Made by a program: the position numbers and the translations under genes
Assembly: GCA_951406725.2 (NCBI GenBank)
Contig: OX597820.1
Coordinates: forward strand, 89,590,001 to 89,654,000
Direction: 5' to 3'
Source of the DNA: Octopus vulgaris
Taxonomy: Eukaryota
DNA: 64,000 bases
The notes under the pieces: generated by a model
What the model saw: the letters and a program-made list of their open reading frames with translations, nothing else
Databases searched by the model: none
Told to the model about the DNA's origin: nothing
Shown here: in pieces, positions 13,030 through 25,102 of the stretch
Position numbering within the stretch: the first letter of the stretch is position 1
Layout of the letters: the number at the start of each line of letters is the position of its first letter

Positions 13030-13570
13030 TATTTCCCATAGGAAGTGGTAGCCACAACAAGGCATACACCAGGCATTCCATTCATTTCCCAGCTTAAAGA
13101 GGTGAGCTCCGTCATATGCTCGGGTCAAGGCATAAAAACCAACCCCTGATATCAGCAGCGGACCCGACAGCATACCCTGGTTTACCCCCACCGCATCATG
13201 TTGGTTCCGTACCCTTTCGAGCAACATCAGATTCGCTCATCCGTCCACAAACACTGAGCAAGCTTTCCTATCATTAATAAACTCTCTTGCCTCTCTCACA
13301 CCAACACCTTTAACCACGAAGGCTTTTCCCAATACATCCATCCGTACAAACCGAGGTTTGCCTCAGGTTCTGCTGCCTAATACTTTTGTCTTCATCATCC
13401 TCCTTACCATCCGTTCCTCATCCCTCCTCACCATGTGGCTAAGCAACCTCAACATTCGTCTATCCATTCTGGTACATAGATTTTCTCTCACTCCTACTCG
13501 CCTTCGCAGCTCTTCCTCTTCTACAGGTCAACACGACTTTTTTCTTGCGCTCTGAATTTTTCCATCGTCT
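13030..13570 (-). mobile_element. RTE-clade LINE, 3' fragment
   Basis: Minus: EELRRRVGVRENLCTRMDRRMLRLLSHMVRRDEERMVRRMMKTKVLGSRT*GKPRF...INDRK, matching the RTE C-terminus (RLRWFGHVxRM...GxRxRGRP...DRxxWR). Confidence 0.75.
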
Positions 13571-13777
13571 AGGCTTAAAAAAAGGCCCTCAATGTTGGTT
13601 TCCTTGTCATGTTTTTATTCTTTATGTGTACTGAATTTTTTTTGTATTTTTATTTTTATTTGTATTTTGATTGGTCTTTTACGTCCTGCTCTTGTCACAT
13701 TTTTTCTTTCCTTGTTTTTAACCCTCTGCAAAGGAATTTTATTTAATTCTTTTGCAGGAAGGACTGCTTCTACGGGT

Positions 13778-13839
13778 CGTGTTCTGTCCTTACCTTCGAA
13801 ACACGCATGGAGTCGAACCAGGGACAGCTGATGAAGGGG
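13778..13839 (+). ncRNA. Hammerhead ribozyme motif in non-circularly permuted strand order
   Basis: Stem III cgtgt (13778-82)/acacg (13801-05); GTT triplet 13781-83; stem I ctgtcctt (13784-91)/agggacag (13820-27); CTGATGA 13828-34 plus an extra A; stem II cttc (13794-97)/gggg (13836-39); GAAA 13798-13801. Confidence 0.75.
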
Positions 13840-13962
13840 AATATTCCTTGTATTGTTTGTCTTGTACTCTGTTTTTTCGATGTTAAAAAAAAGTCCGTTT
13901 CCATGTTTGTTCTTATGTTTTCGTTTCTCGTTGAGTTCTACGTCTATTTGTGGTGTCCCGTA

Positions 13963-13965
<3 letters not shown>

Positions 13966-14016
<51 letters not shown>

Positions 14017-14096
14017 ATGGCATGTATATATACATGTAGATGTAGGTACGTACATATATGTATGTATGTATGCATATATTTTATTTATTAAATTAT

Positions 14097-14133
<37 letters not shown>

Positions 14134-14287
14134 ATATATATATATATGTATGTATTTATATGGTGTATATATATATATGTATGTATTTATATATATGCAT
14201 ATATATTTATGTAATTATATATAGGCATTTATATATATGCATATATACATATATTTATATACTTATATATGTAAATATATGTATATA

Positions 14288-14338
<51 letters not shown>

Positions 14339-14579
14339 ACATGTACATATATGTATGTATACATGTACATATATGTATGTATACATGTACATATATGTAT
14401 GTATACATGTACATATATGTATGTATACATGTACATATATGTATATATACATGCATATATGTATATATATGTATATGTGTGTATATGCATATATATGTAT
14501 GTATATATATGCATGTATATATATATATGTATGTATATATATATATATGGATATATGTATATATGTATATATATATATA

Positions 14580-14610
<31 letters not shown>

Positions 14611-14701
14611 ACGTATATACATATATGTATACATACATATATGTATATGTGTATATATTTCTGTGTATATATACATGTATTCGTGTATGTATACATACAT
14701 A

Positions 14702-14749
<48 letters not shown>

Positions 14750-14750
14750 T
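13966..14750. repeat. (TA)n-derived low-complexity tract with a 22-bp tandem unit (atatgtatgtatacatgtacat, ~5 copies, ~14330-14445)
   Basis: Directly visible. Confidence 0.95.
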
Positions 14751-15269
14751 ACACGCATATAAGTATTCACAAATATCCCTCCACACAAACACACATACAC
14801 AAACATACACAGTGTTTTTGTTTGTACGGCTATGCGAATGCCCTAACTAATATACACAACTTGGTGAATTCAGAAGAAGATAACTGCTTTGCTGGAGATT
14901 ATTTAGATACAAAATTGTGTATTCATCAGTCGATAAACATTATTTCCAGTTGATATTTACATTCAGCATTATAATATATTCTACTTAGCAATATATAACA
15001 TACCAGTTCATAGTTTAATATCTTTGTTTTTATCAACAATTTCGAAACTATCCTTGATAAAGTATTATTGATTTTAAAAACGTTATTGTCTCTTCGAAGT
15101 TTTACTGATTTCTTTTTTATTGTTTGCAACTTTTTATTTAACATTTTTATTTCTTCTTTAACTTTCATTTAGTCTCCCTTCCCACTCTTCCTTCACTCTC
15201 TCTCTCTCTCTAATCTTTCTTATCTTTCTATGTTAGTTTTCCTATGTTATTTTTCATTTCATTTTCTCT

Positions 15270-15580
15270 GCAACACCACTACTACCGCCACTAACACCAT
15301 CTCTTGTTTTTTACTACTACAAATAATACTATCACTACCGGTACTACTACTACTACTACTAACACCACCACCACCACTACCACCACCACCACCACTACTA
15401 CTACTACTAATACTACTACTACTGCAGCTGTTGCTATTACTAATACTGCTCCGTCGCTGCTGCTACTGCTACTACTCCTTTTCATTATTCTTATTTCTCT
15501 AAAAATGTTCTACCCTTTTGTCATATTACTATCCACCGCTTTCTCCTCCTCCTCCTCCTCATCATCATCATCAGAATCAT
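15270..15580. repeat. (CTA)n/(CCA)n/(TCC)n/(TCA)n trinucleotide tract
   Basis: Directly visible. Confidence 0.9.
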
Positions 15581-16054
15581 AATTTTCTTCTTCCATCGTT
15601 ACATTCGTCCGATAGGATTATTGCACTGCTATAATGGTACGGAATAGAAATGGTCGCTTACAGAAGGCAATAGAGAGATACGAAACGGCAGATCACCGAT
15701 CTGAATTCATTATGGCGTATTTAATTTACTCCATTTGCATTCACATTTAAATTTCTCTAGGATTCATTAAAATAACTAACTGATAGACATATTGTTCTGG
15801 GAACTCATCCCAATATAATCTGTCTCTAGGACTTATGTGTGTCTTCTTCCTTGGTGAAATTAATCATGGTAATTGCAATCAATGGTAATTTACTGCTAAT
15901 TAGAAATTTCTAACAATGATACAAGGTCATCAATCCGCAGGATAAGATTACATGAATTGATCCCCTTAGTCAATTATTGCTAATTATTTTCCTGACCCCT
16001 ACTTCCCAAATCTATGAAAAGCCTGAGAGACAGGAGGGTAAATATCAGTTAAAG

Positions 16055-16220
16055 ATTTTGGCATAAGGCCAGCAGTTTCACCGCTCAACTGGTACTTATT
16101 TTATTCAACCTGGGGTACAGAAGGCAAAGCCAATCTCAGTGGAATTTGAATTCAGTAAAGACGGACGAGATGTCGCAAACAATTTTGCTTGGCGATCGAA
16201 TTATTCTGTCAGCTCACCAT
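16055..16220 (-). mobile_element. SINE family A, diverged
   Basis: ctggtacttattttattc...ggcaaagcc...ggaatttgaattcag. Confidence 0.65.
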
Positions 16221-17874
16221 GAGGTTACTTATTTAGTCAGACACTCAATGGTATTGCAGAGCAACCAGTCAATTTCCTGTAACTTAGGCAACAAGCTTAA
16301 TACTGAAGTGTATCACAGAGCAACCAGTCTGTTACCAAACCATATAACACAACAGCCAGTTCGTTGCTTAATGAATTGCGGTAAAAGAAGGCTGTTACAC
16401 AGGCGTATTACAGATCTCAGTTGATCTAAAAGTAAATAGAGATATAAAGTGGTAAGATGCGAAGGAGCCTAATACTTGGTTGCTGTTGTCTGATAAATGG
16501 GAGTTTTTCGAAAACTAATCCATAGTTATAGCTATGTGTTTCGGGCGTGTTTCAGTCTTATTAAAGATTGTCCAGCGAAGCATAGAGCAGTCACAGTTGG
16601 CAACATCTTGGAACTGCTATAAATGTTTTTTCTGAGGAAATCATCGATTTGGCAAACTAAAGTAATGATAATTGACAATTTCACAATGGTGCCTAATCAT
16701 AATGAACAGAAATCTGATAAACGTTTATGAATCTTAATTCCACAATGCCAGCTAAATACCTAACGTATGCTAACATGCACTTAACTGTGTGTTCTTTATA
16801 TAGAATCTACTGTTACTAAAAAAATTTAATATCCCACATTCTCCACCTTTCAGTAACATACGGTCTTACCACTTCACTGTCATGAATGTTGACACCTCCT
16901 GCACTCACTCCTTGACAATGGACGACAGTGTTCAATGTTTATAATCTATAAATTCATGTCAAAAGAAAAAAAAATCAAGAAAGATGCATATATTTATTTT
17001 AATATCAATACTTTATTTCATTTTTCTCGAGTTATCTTATTGAAGTCGTTTCAGATATAATTGTATTATTGCCTCGGAATTGAATTATTCTATTTTCATT
17101 CAACCAATTGCTAAAGTTTTCACAATGAGGTATTGTTATATTTGAGACATTTTTATCTTGTTATGCACACACACACACACACCACATAACACGCAACTCT
17201 GTATATCATACATCACGCAGATGTACCGTAGAAAGCCTTGAACTTATGGTATTCGTTTCGAGAGGTCATCTCTTGTTGACGTACAGTGTTAAAAACACAG
17301 AAATATTTTAGTAGCAGACAGAAAAAAAAAACGGAATTGCTAAATGCGTATTTCTGCTTTCATAGTGTCAACAACAGTGAGCAACCACTAACAACTAGTT
17401 GACAAGGCAAATTTAGGCTTTTTCTAATATAGATAAACACTGGTGCTAGGCGCTTTTCGTGTACTCCTTTATTAGAGGCTTCCTTGAGACTAATGTGTAT
17501 CTGCGTTGAGTGTGATATATAAAATGCTATTCTGATCTAATGTTGCTTTCATCGCTGATGGTGAATGCACATACAAACACACTCACAGACACACACATTA
17601 GAAGTCTGCTGTCTATATATGTATATATTAGTGTGTGTGAGTGTCTTCGCATGTGCGTTTGTTCCTCCTTCCCCATCTCTTGGCAAACTGCGTTGCGTTG
17701 CTTATGTGCTTCTAACTTGGTAGTCTGTAAATAAAGTCTGAGAGAATAAGCAGCAGACTTTAAAATAATAAGTACTGTGGTCAATTTCTTCTACTAAGCT
17801 CTTCAATGCGCTCTATCAGCAAGGTTGCCCTCCGATGAATGAAACAAAACAGAACTCATACATACATACATACA

Positions 17875-17955
<81 letters not shown>

Positions 17956-17991
17956 GCGTGTGTATGTGTGTAGGTATATGTATATGTGTGT

Positions 17992-18225
17992 TCGCAGAAT
18001 CGTTAGCACGCTGCATGAAATGCTCAGTGGTATTTTGTCTGCCGCTACGTTCTGAGTTCAAATTCCGCCGAGGTCGACTTTGCCTTTCATCCTTTCGGGG
18101 TCGATTAAATAAGTACCAGTTACGCACTGAGGTCGAGGTAATCGACTAGTCCCCTCAGTCCAAATATCGGGTCTTGTGCCCATAGTAGAAAGGGCTGTTA
18201 TTATTATTATTATTAGTAGTAGTAT
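17992..18225 (+). mobile_element. SINE family A, well preserved
   Basis: gcagaatcgttagcacg...gagttcaaattccgccgaggtcgactttgcctttcatcctttcggggtcg...(ATT)n tail. Confidence 0.9.
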
Positions 18226-18999
18226 TAGTATTTAAAACTGTTTGATTAGGGCACCATCCTACCTAAAGGAAGGTAAACTTCTTACAGAAACCTAGCTCGT
18301 AGCCCTCAGTTAACCGAATACTGACGATGAGAGAAGTTCAAGATGGCTACCGGAAACAGTGCTGCCATTGGTCATCCAGCGACACCAGATGCATTAAGAC
18401 AGTTTCGTAGTTTGGAGCGGTAAGCTGATGGCGACTTGCTGTCTAGCCGGCCTCTGAAGGGATTTGCCGGTGAGTGAGTGAGTCAGTGTGTGTGTGTGTG
18501 TGTGTGTTTATGTGTTTGGCAAATGTACGAGTGTGTAGATATGGGTGTCTGATGCGTGTGCGTGTCGGGTGGGGTGAGATACGCGCCTGTATAAGTTTGT
18601 GTGTGGGTGAGAGTTGACATCCGCTGGTTGATGCGTATATGCGTGTTTGCTCCGGTGTGTGTACTTGTGGGTGCAGGTGAGTATCAGCCATGTGTCAGTG
18701 CTCACGTGTTTAGGATGCATGCATAGTTGTTTGTGCGTATGTATGATTGGTGAATGCGTGTATGTACATTTATTTATATGTGTACGTATAAATGCGTGCG
18801 CATTTGTCTGGAAGAATATGTATGCGTATGTATATTTTCATTTCATCCGTTCATGTGTCATGTGTATGTATGCATATATAGTCATGCTTTTGGAATTTTT
18901 GTGTCTGAACATGACAGATGCATGCTGGTGTGATTGTAGTAGCATTGTTAGGGTGCGGGAATCTAGGGTTGGATTCAGTTGTGGTGGTGTTAAACATAA

Positions 19000-19147
19000 T
19001 CGTGGCTGTGTGGTAAGAAATTTGCTTCCTAACCACATGGTTCCGGGTTCAGTGCCACTGTGTGACACCCTGGGCAAGTTGTCTTATATTATAGCCTCGG
19101 GCCAACCAAACCTTTGTTAGTGGATGGAGACTGAAAGAAGACCGTCG

Positions 19148-19199
<52 letters not shown>

Positions 19200-19437
19200 G
19201 TGCGTGTGTGTGTGTGCGTATGTGCATCTTTGTATGTGTCTATGTTTGTCTCCTAAAACCACTTGACAACAAGTGTTGGCCTGATTACGTCCCATGAACT
19301 AGAGGTTCAGCAAAAGTGACCGATAGAATAATTACCAGACTTTACAAAAATTAATATTTAGTGGGATCGATTCGTTTGACCTAAATTCTTCAAGGCAGCA
19401 CCTCGGCATTACCGCAGTCTAATGACAAACAAGTTAA

Positions 19438-19440
<3 letters not shown>
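19000..19440 (+). mobile_element. SINE family B
   Basis: gtggctgtgtggtaag...aaccacatggttccgggttcagt; internal (TA)n; homologous to the 11226 copy. Confidence 0.85.
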
Positions 19441-19475
<35 letters not shown>

Positions 19476-19663
19476 AAGAGAGTTGAAGTAGAACAAGAAG
19501 GTAGGAAGCTTAGTGGTTAGGGTGTTAAGCCTATGACCACAAAAGTGCGGGTTTAGATTCCCTTAAGGAAGTTATTTCCTTTCATTTTGCTCCAATCTAT
19601 TCATCTGAAAATGATACCCAGCGGAATACTTGTACATCACTCTGTTTGTCTGTCACACACACA

Positions 19664-19709
<46 letters not shown>

Positions 19710-22627
19710 CTCTCTCTGACATAAACTTCTATTTTAAGGCATTATTTGAGAGGAAATTGTTTGCTATTTCTAGATGTTAGAAATTTTCGCTTTTTCTTTA
19801 AAATGCCATGTACAGTTGAAAAGAAAAAAATCAACTCTCTTTGGGTTTGAACTAAGAACGTAGCCGACTGAAAGTAAATAATATCAGGCATTCAAACCAG
19901 CATTTCCCTGACACCACTGTCTCAAGCTTCAATGTAAATGTAATACTATAGATGTCTTGCATTGACACACAAGGAGAGAAATTAGTAATGGAGATGTATA
20001 GTCAATTTATTCCACTACAGTACTTGGACATAATTAACATATCAAGTGTAGAAGGATATATAGTCGAACACGATCTTGATGTTGATTTGAACTTAGAATA
20101 AAAGACATGTAATTAAATACTTCAACGTATTTAAAAAGACAGGTAACAATTTCAGCCAACTAACAGGTTCATGAAAGACAGTGGGTTGGTAAAGGCTGTA
20201 GGGCTTTATAGGTTTAAGTATTAAAGCGACGTCTACTTTATATTATCTTATAACGAAGAGTAGTACGTACATTCATTAAACAAGAGACGGATCTTTAATA
20301 ACGTTGACATATGGAAATATGTCTCCTAGCTCTTGTGTTTGGCACTAAAATTGAATAAATAATTAAGATGGTCGCACAAAATTACATTTCTTTGAAGATT
20401 TATTCCTGTAGGTAAAATACACTATAAGCGAATTTTGTCAAATTAAAGTGGAAATATGGAATCTTCTTCATAAACTATGACATTATAGAAACTTCAAAGT
20501 ATTCGAAAACAAAGCAGTATGAAAATATTTTTTTAATCTTCATATTCAAGTTATATCTCAACCATTAACTCTAGGCTTCTAGACTATACAAGCTTTCTCC
20601 ATAGCAACATTATCGTTACCCTTCCGCTATGCCATGTATTCAGTAACGATTCTTGCATATCAAATTCTCAGTTATTTAAATATGCTGCGAATATTATGTA
20701 TATACACGACATAGACATATCGAGGAAGACACTAGCATGTAGTTGTGGTTTATTTTAGCAGAATTATATTCCAGAGAGAGGAAGCGAGATGAAGGATTTT
20801 AAACTAATAGTAGTTGTTCTTCACTATCTATTGATTGCCGAAATTTTAGCTTTCAGAAATAATTGTATGAAATTATAATGTACAAGATATTCTTCAGAAT
20901 TTATTTGCATTCAGAATTTTAAAAATATTTCAGTCTCAGTCACTATTTGTGGACAGTATAAAAGCAATATTTAACTGAATTCTTATATGATTTGTGCTAG
21001 TCATAAATCATTGAAATGTCTGTCAATAAGCATATATTGATACTGTGATGGTCAGTGAACTCATAAATGTATCACATCCAGTTTGACTAAAGAAAATATT
21101 TTAAATCCCTCCCTATAACGTTATTTTATGTCACAGCATAGATCAGATGAATGGTAATTTAATTATTTTTTTATACGCTATTAGATTTGTTTTTAATAGA
21201 TCTAGCTAGATTTCAGATGCTTTTAGTTTTAGATACTTCATGGTTGTTGTAGATTCTTCGTGTATCATAATTTATATACGATCTATCATGTTTCTGCACT
21301 TTGTTCTGTGATAGCCGTTAATCTCCTACACTTTTATAACCTTCCACCTCTCAGAAGCTCTCTGTAATTTCACACAAAATTTCTGTTCATCTGGTGAAAG
21401 TAAACAAGCGTAAATGAAGAAATTTAATCCATAACCTTAGATATTCAAATTTTATCATAAATGTCCAGGTTAGCATAAAATAGTGTCTGATTATTACTGA
21501 TGTTTCCGTTTAACGATTTTCTTTCATGAATCACACCATCACACAATTTTCAAATGCATCATATTATGAAGCAGTAGGATAAGTATAAATGAACGGCTAA
21601 ACCATTTCAGCTCATAACAACTTCTTACATTGAATTAATATGAAAATTGTTTGGTGGGTTGGGATTTGTGTTGTTTTGCACGAGACTTTGATTACGAAGT
21701 TTGCTGTATTCAAATTTCAATGTTGCTGTTCTTTCAATTAATTGCACGGAAACGAACATTTTGCATTAATACATAACCAGAGATGTGAAGGATGAAATAC
21801 ACCAAGAGGAAAATCCTAGTCAATGTCATTTATATGGCGGGTTCGATTCATCGTTTGTTACCGTTTCTCTATTTACCTCTGTCTCCCTACTTGCTAAAAT
21901 TTTTTTCACCAAAGATTGAGTATTTGGATATGTTTGTTTAAGTCACCGAACAATAAGATCTATTCATAAGATCTATATATTTCTATCAGTCCTTCATTTA
22001 ACTTAAGGTTCAAACCTCTGATATGTTAATAATTTATTTTACTTTTAGTGTCAGGTTATGAAAATGATGACCTTGTATATGAAAGGTGTTAATCATCTTA
22101 ATTAGATCATAGGTTAGTTCAAGTTAGTTTATTATTTACAAGTTATAACACAGAGCTCTTCAATCAGTGTCAAGTTATTAACTTACGTTATTAGCTCACC
22201 GTTTTATAGAACGCGCTATGTTTGTTGTTTTTAGATCAGAAACCATATTTGTACACTCACTCCATGAGAATTTATAAGATATAAAAATGTAATTTTTTTC
22301 TGATATTTATGATTACTTCAAAGTAAATATTAACATATGTAAAATAAAATTTTTATACAAGGTCATCAAAATCCGTTTTGTTTTCCATCAGTTCATTAAG
22401 CGTTTTTTTCCAGTTTCCGAGCTTTTTCCGAGCACAGTATTAATTTCGAATGAGGATATATATAGTTGAATGAACCCTCGCAGGAAAATCTAACTCTAAT
22501 TTATTTTTAAATATCAAGGAATTAGTTTTCGCTACGTTGGCATTTTTTAACCTCTTATTATTGCTATGTAACAACAGAAAGCCACACGTTTATGAAGTAA
22601 AATATAGCTTTTTTTAGTGTTATTGTA

Positions 22628-22810
22628 TAGGTGGTGAGCTGGCATATTCAATAGCACTTTAAATAAATTGCTTTGCTTTATTTCATCTGGCTTTTCATTC
22701 TGAGCTCAAATCCCACGGTGGTCAACCTTGCTCTTTTTCATCACTTTTGTGATTGATAAGATAAAGTATTAATTAATCAAATACTAAGAGGGATGTAATC
22801 GGCTACAAGC
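22628..22810 (+). mobile_element. SINE family A, diverged
   Basis: ggtggtgagctggc...ttctgagctcaaatcccacggtggtcaacc. Confidence 0.6.
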
Positions 22811-24669
22811 AAACTACCCACCACTGTTACATTGATCATATTGTGTAAAAAAATAGGGTAGTGAACAATAACATCGTTGGTTACAGGTGCGAAATAACGA
22901 GTCAATCATTGGCCTAATACATTTCTGACGTTGAGAGAATGATAAGGGAGCATCTGAGGGTCGGTGCAGAATAAATGCTGTAGTCCGATGACTAAAAGAA
23001 ATAAAAGCTCAGTTTGGTGAGCTACCACATTTTCCCGTATTTGTCAACATCCTCTACTGTGCGATCTAAGCCGGAAACTCAAAGTGATGAAGCAAACTAA
23101 TGGCTTGTCAAATAAATTCATTCGTTTTGGTCTTCTTTTCCCGCACTTGGCCCTCCATCGTCATATGTTTGAAAAGTGATAAAAATTTATTCAAGTTTCA
23201 AAAACGACAAATAAAAGTTATAGAAGAGGACTACGATACAAATAATTTTGAATTTATCCAAATAACACTGGAATGGATTAAAAGAAATGGAATAAAACGA
23301 AGGAACTTACCTGACACGTCTAAACTTAATCAGACAACCACGAATCGATTACAATAACAACTCACTGATACCTATTTCATCTACTCTTGAGGGTGAAAGA
23401 TAAATAAAATTTTGTTGAAAGTTCACCATCAGAACATATGGAGATGCAGTTACACACTACAAGCTATTTATATTATATTTTCTCTTTATTACATTCTAAG
23501 TTACTAGGTTACCTGTGCTTTCAAGTTTCATATATTGATAAGAAAAATAACGCTTTTATCGTGTATTCATCTCTAAGTATACAAGTTATAAGTTTCTGTA
23601 TAACGATATCAGCTTACCTGCACTTCAACTTGTTTCTCTTTAATTTGAAACCGAGTTCAGTTTGTCCCTCAAACCATTTAAGTATTTAACGCATTCTATC
23701 CTTGTAGTAACAACAGTAGTGGCAGCAGTGATGTGTAATGGTGGTGGTGGTGGTGGTAGTATTAATGATATTTGGAGTTGGTAGTTGTGTTAGTGGTAGT
23801 AATAGTAGTAGCAGCAGCAGCAGCTGTAGTTGAAGTAGTAACAGTTGTGGTGGTACTACAGATAAAAGTAGTGATATTGTAATAATAATAGTAGAGGTAT
23901 TATTAAATATGAATAGTTATGATCTGTAGTAGTAGGGCAAAAGTATAGGAAAGCAGGTTCAGGGGAAATAACTTTAAATGAGGTCATCTTAACCATTTAG
24001 TGCTCATATTACTCTGTGAAACGTAGTGGTTATTTATTCACATTATTTTGAATAAATCATGCATAATCTTGTAGCTTTGAGATTTTTATGATGTGAGTGT
24101 TCATTCTTAGAACGACATTGTAAAGAAGGTGTGACAGACCAGATCTAGCATCTGGCATATTTGAGATGCATATCCAAAACGTTGTCTCAGACAGTAGTGT
24201 GTGATTTCAGAGAGACTTGATTTCTATCTCTACCAGATCGAATAGCCATCTAGAGTTATTTTTCTCATAAATAGTTAGTTTGCTGTTGTTGTTTATTTAT
24301 GGGCCATCTTTGATGAAGCAAACTTACGATCAAAATTAATTCCACTTTCAGCAATTTCGTTCCGATAGAGCAATAATGTATCTGTGGTGTCCTTCCATTA
24401 GAAGCATTGCGACCTGTTAAAGATTTGGCTATTTTTCCAACCAGAATGAGTGACTACATGAAACTTCTATCATTGTTTCGTTCAATTACATATATTGTCA
24501 TTGTTTAACCCGAGGTAAACTATAACCAGCTGAGCTATGAGCAAAAGCATCCCGAACCTAACTATCCTGTCCTTTTTCTAGAATTACGTAACAATACACT
24601 ACCTTCTATTGCGAAGGATATATATATATGTGTGTGTGTGTGTGTGCGTATGTGTGTATGTATATATAC

Positions 24670-24890
24670 TCTTTTACTCTCTTTTACTTGTTTCAGTCAT
24701 TTGACTCTGGCCATACTAGAGTACTGCCTTTAGTCGAGTAAATTGACCCCAGGACTTATTCTTTGTAAGCCTAGTACTTATTCTGTCGGCCTCTTTTGCC
24801 GAACCGCTAAGTTACGGGGACGTAGACACAGCAGCATCGGTTGTCAAGCGATGTTGGGAGGCAAACAAAGACACACAAACATATACACAC
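24670..24890 (-). mobile_element. SINE family B, 3' half
   Basis: cttttactcttttacttgtttcagtcatttgact is the reverse complement of the 11610-11645 tail. Confidence 0.85.
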
Positions 24891-24899
24891 ATACGTATA

Positions 24900-25102
24900 G
24901 TCGCCATGGTAGATCGGTAGCCACTACACACATTTTTTTCTCTCCTTGTTTCTCTCTTTGTTTTTTTCTGTGTCCCTTTCTGTAGAAGAGCGTAAGCTCG
25001 AAGCGTAAAATACCTTTTCAATTCCTGAGCGTTATATTAATTCATCTGTTTGTTTTCTACACCACCGGTCTTCGTCTTTTGTTTTTTTCGTGAACTCTCC
25101 TA
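24900..25102 (+). mobile_element. Short PLE-terminus-like repeat with a minimal hammerhead-like motif, ending in (TA)n
   Basis: ttt-ctgtagaa-gagc gtaa gctc-gaag-cg-ta-aaa at 24977-25010. The 3' end resembles 56305-56390. Confidence 0.45.

Noticed and set aside
15230-15582. Poly-Thr/Leu/Pro ORFs
   Set aside because: Translations of a trinucleotide microsatellite.
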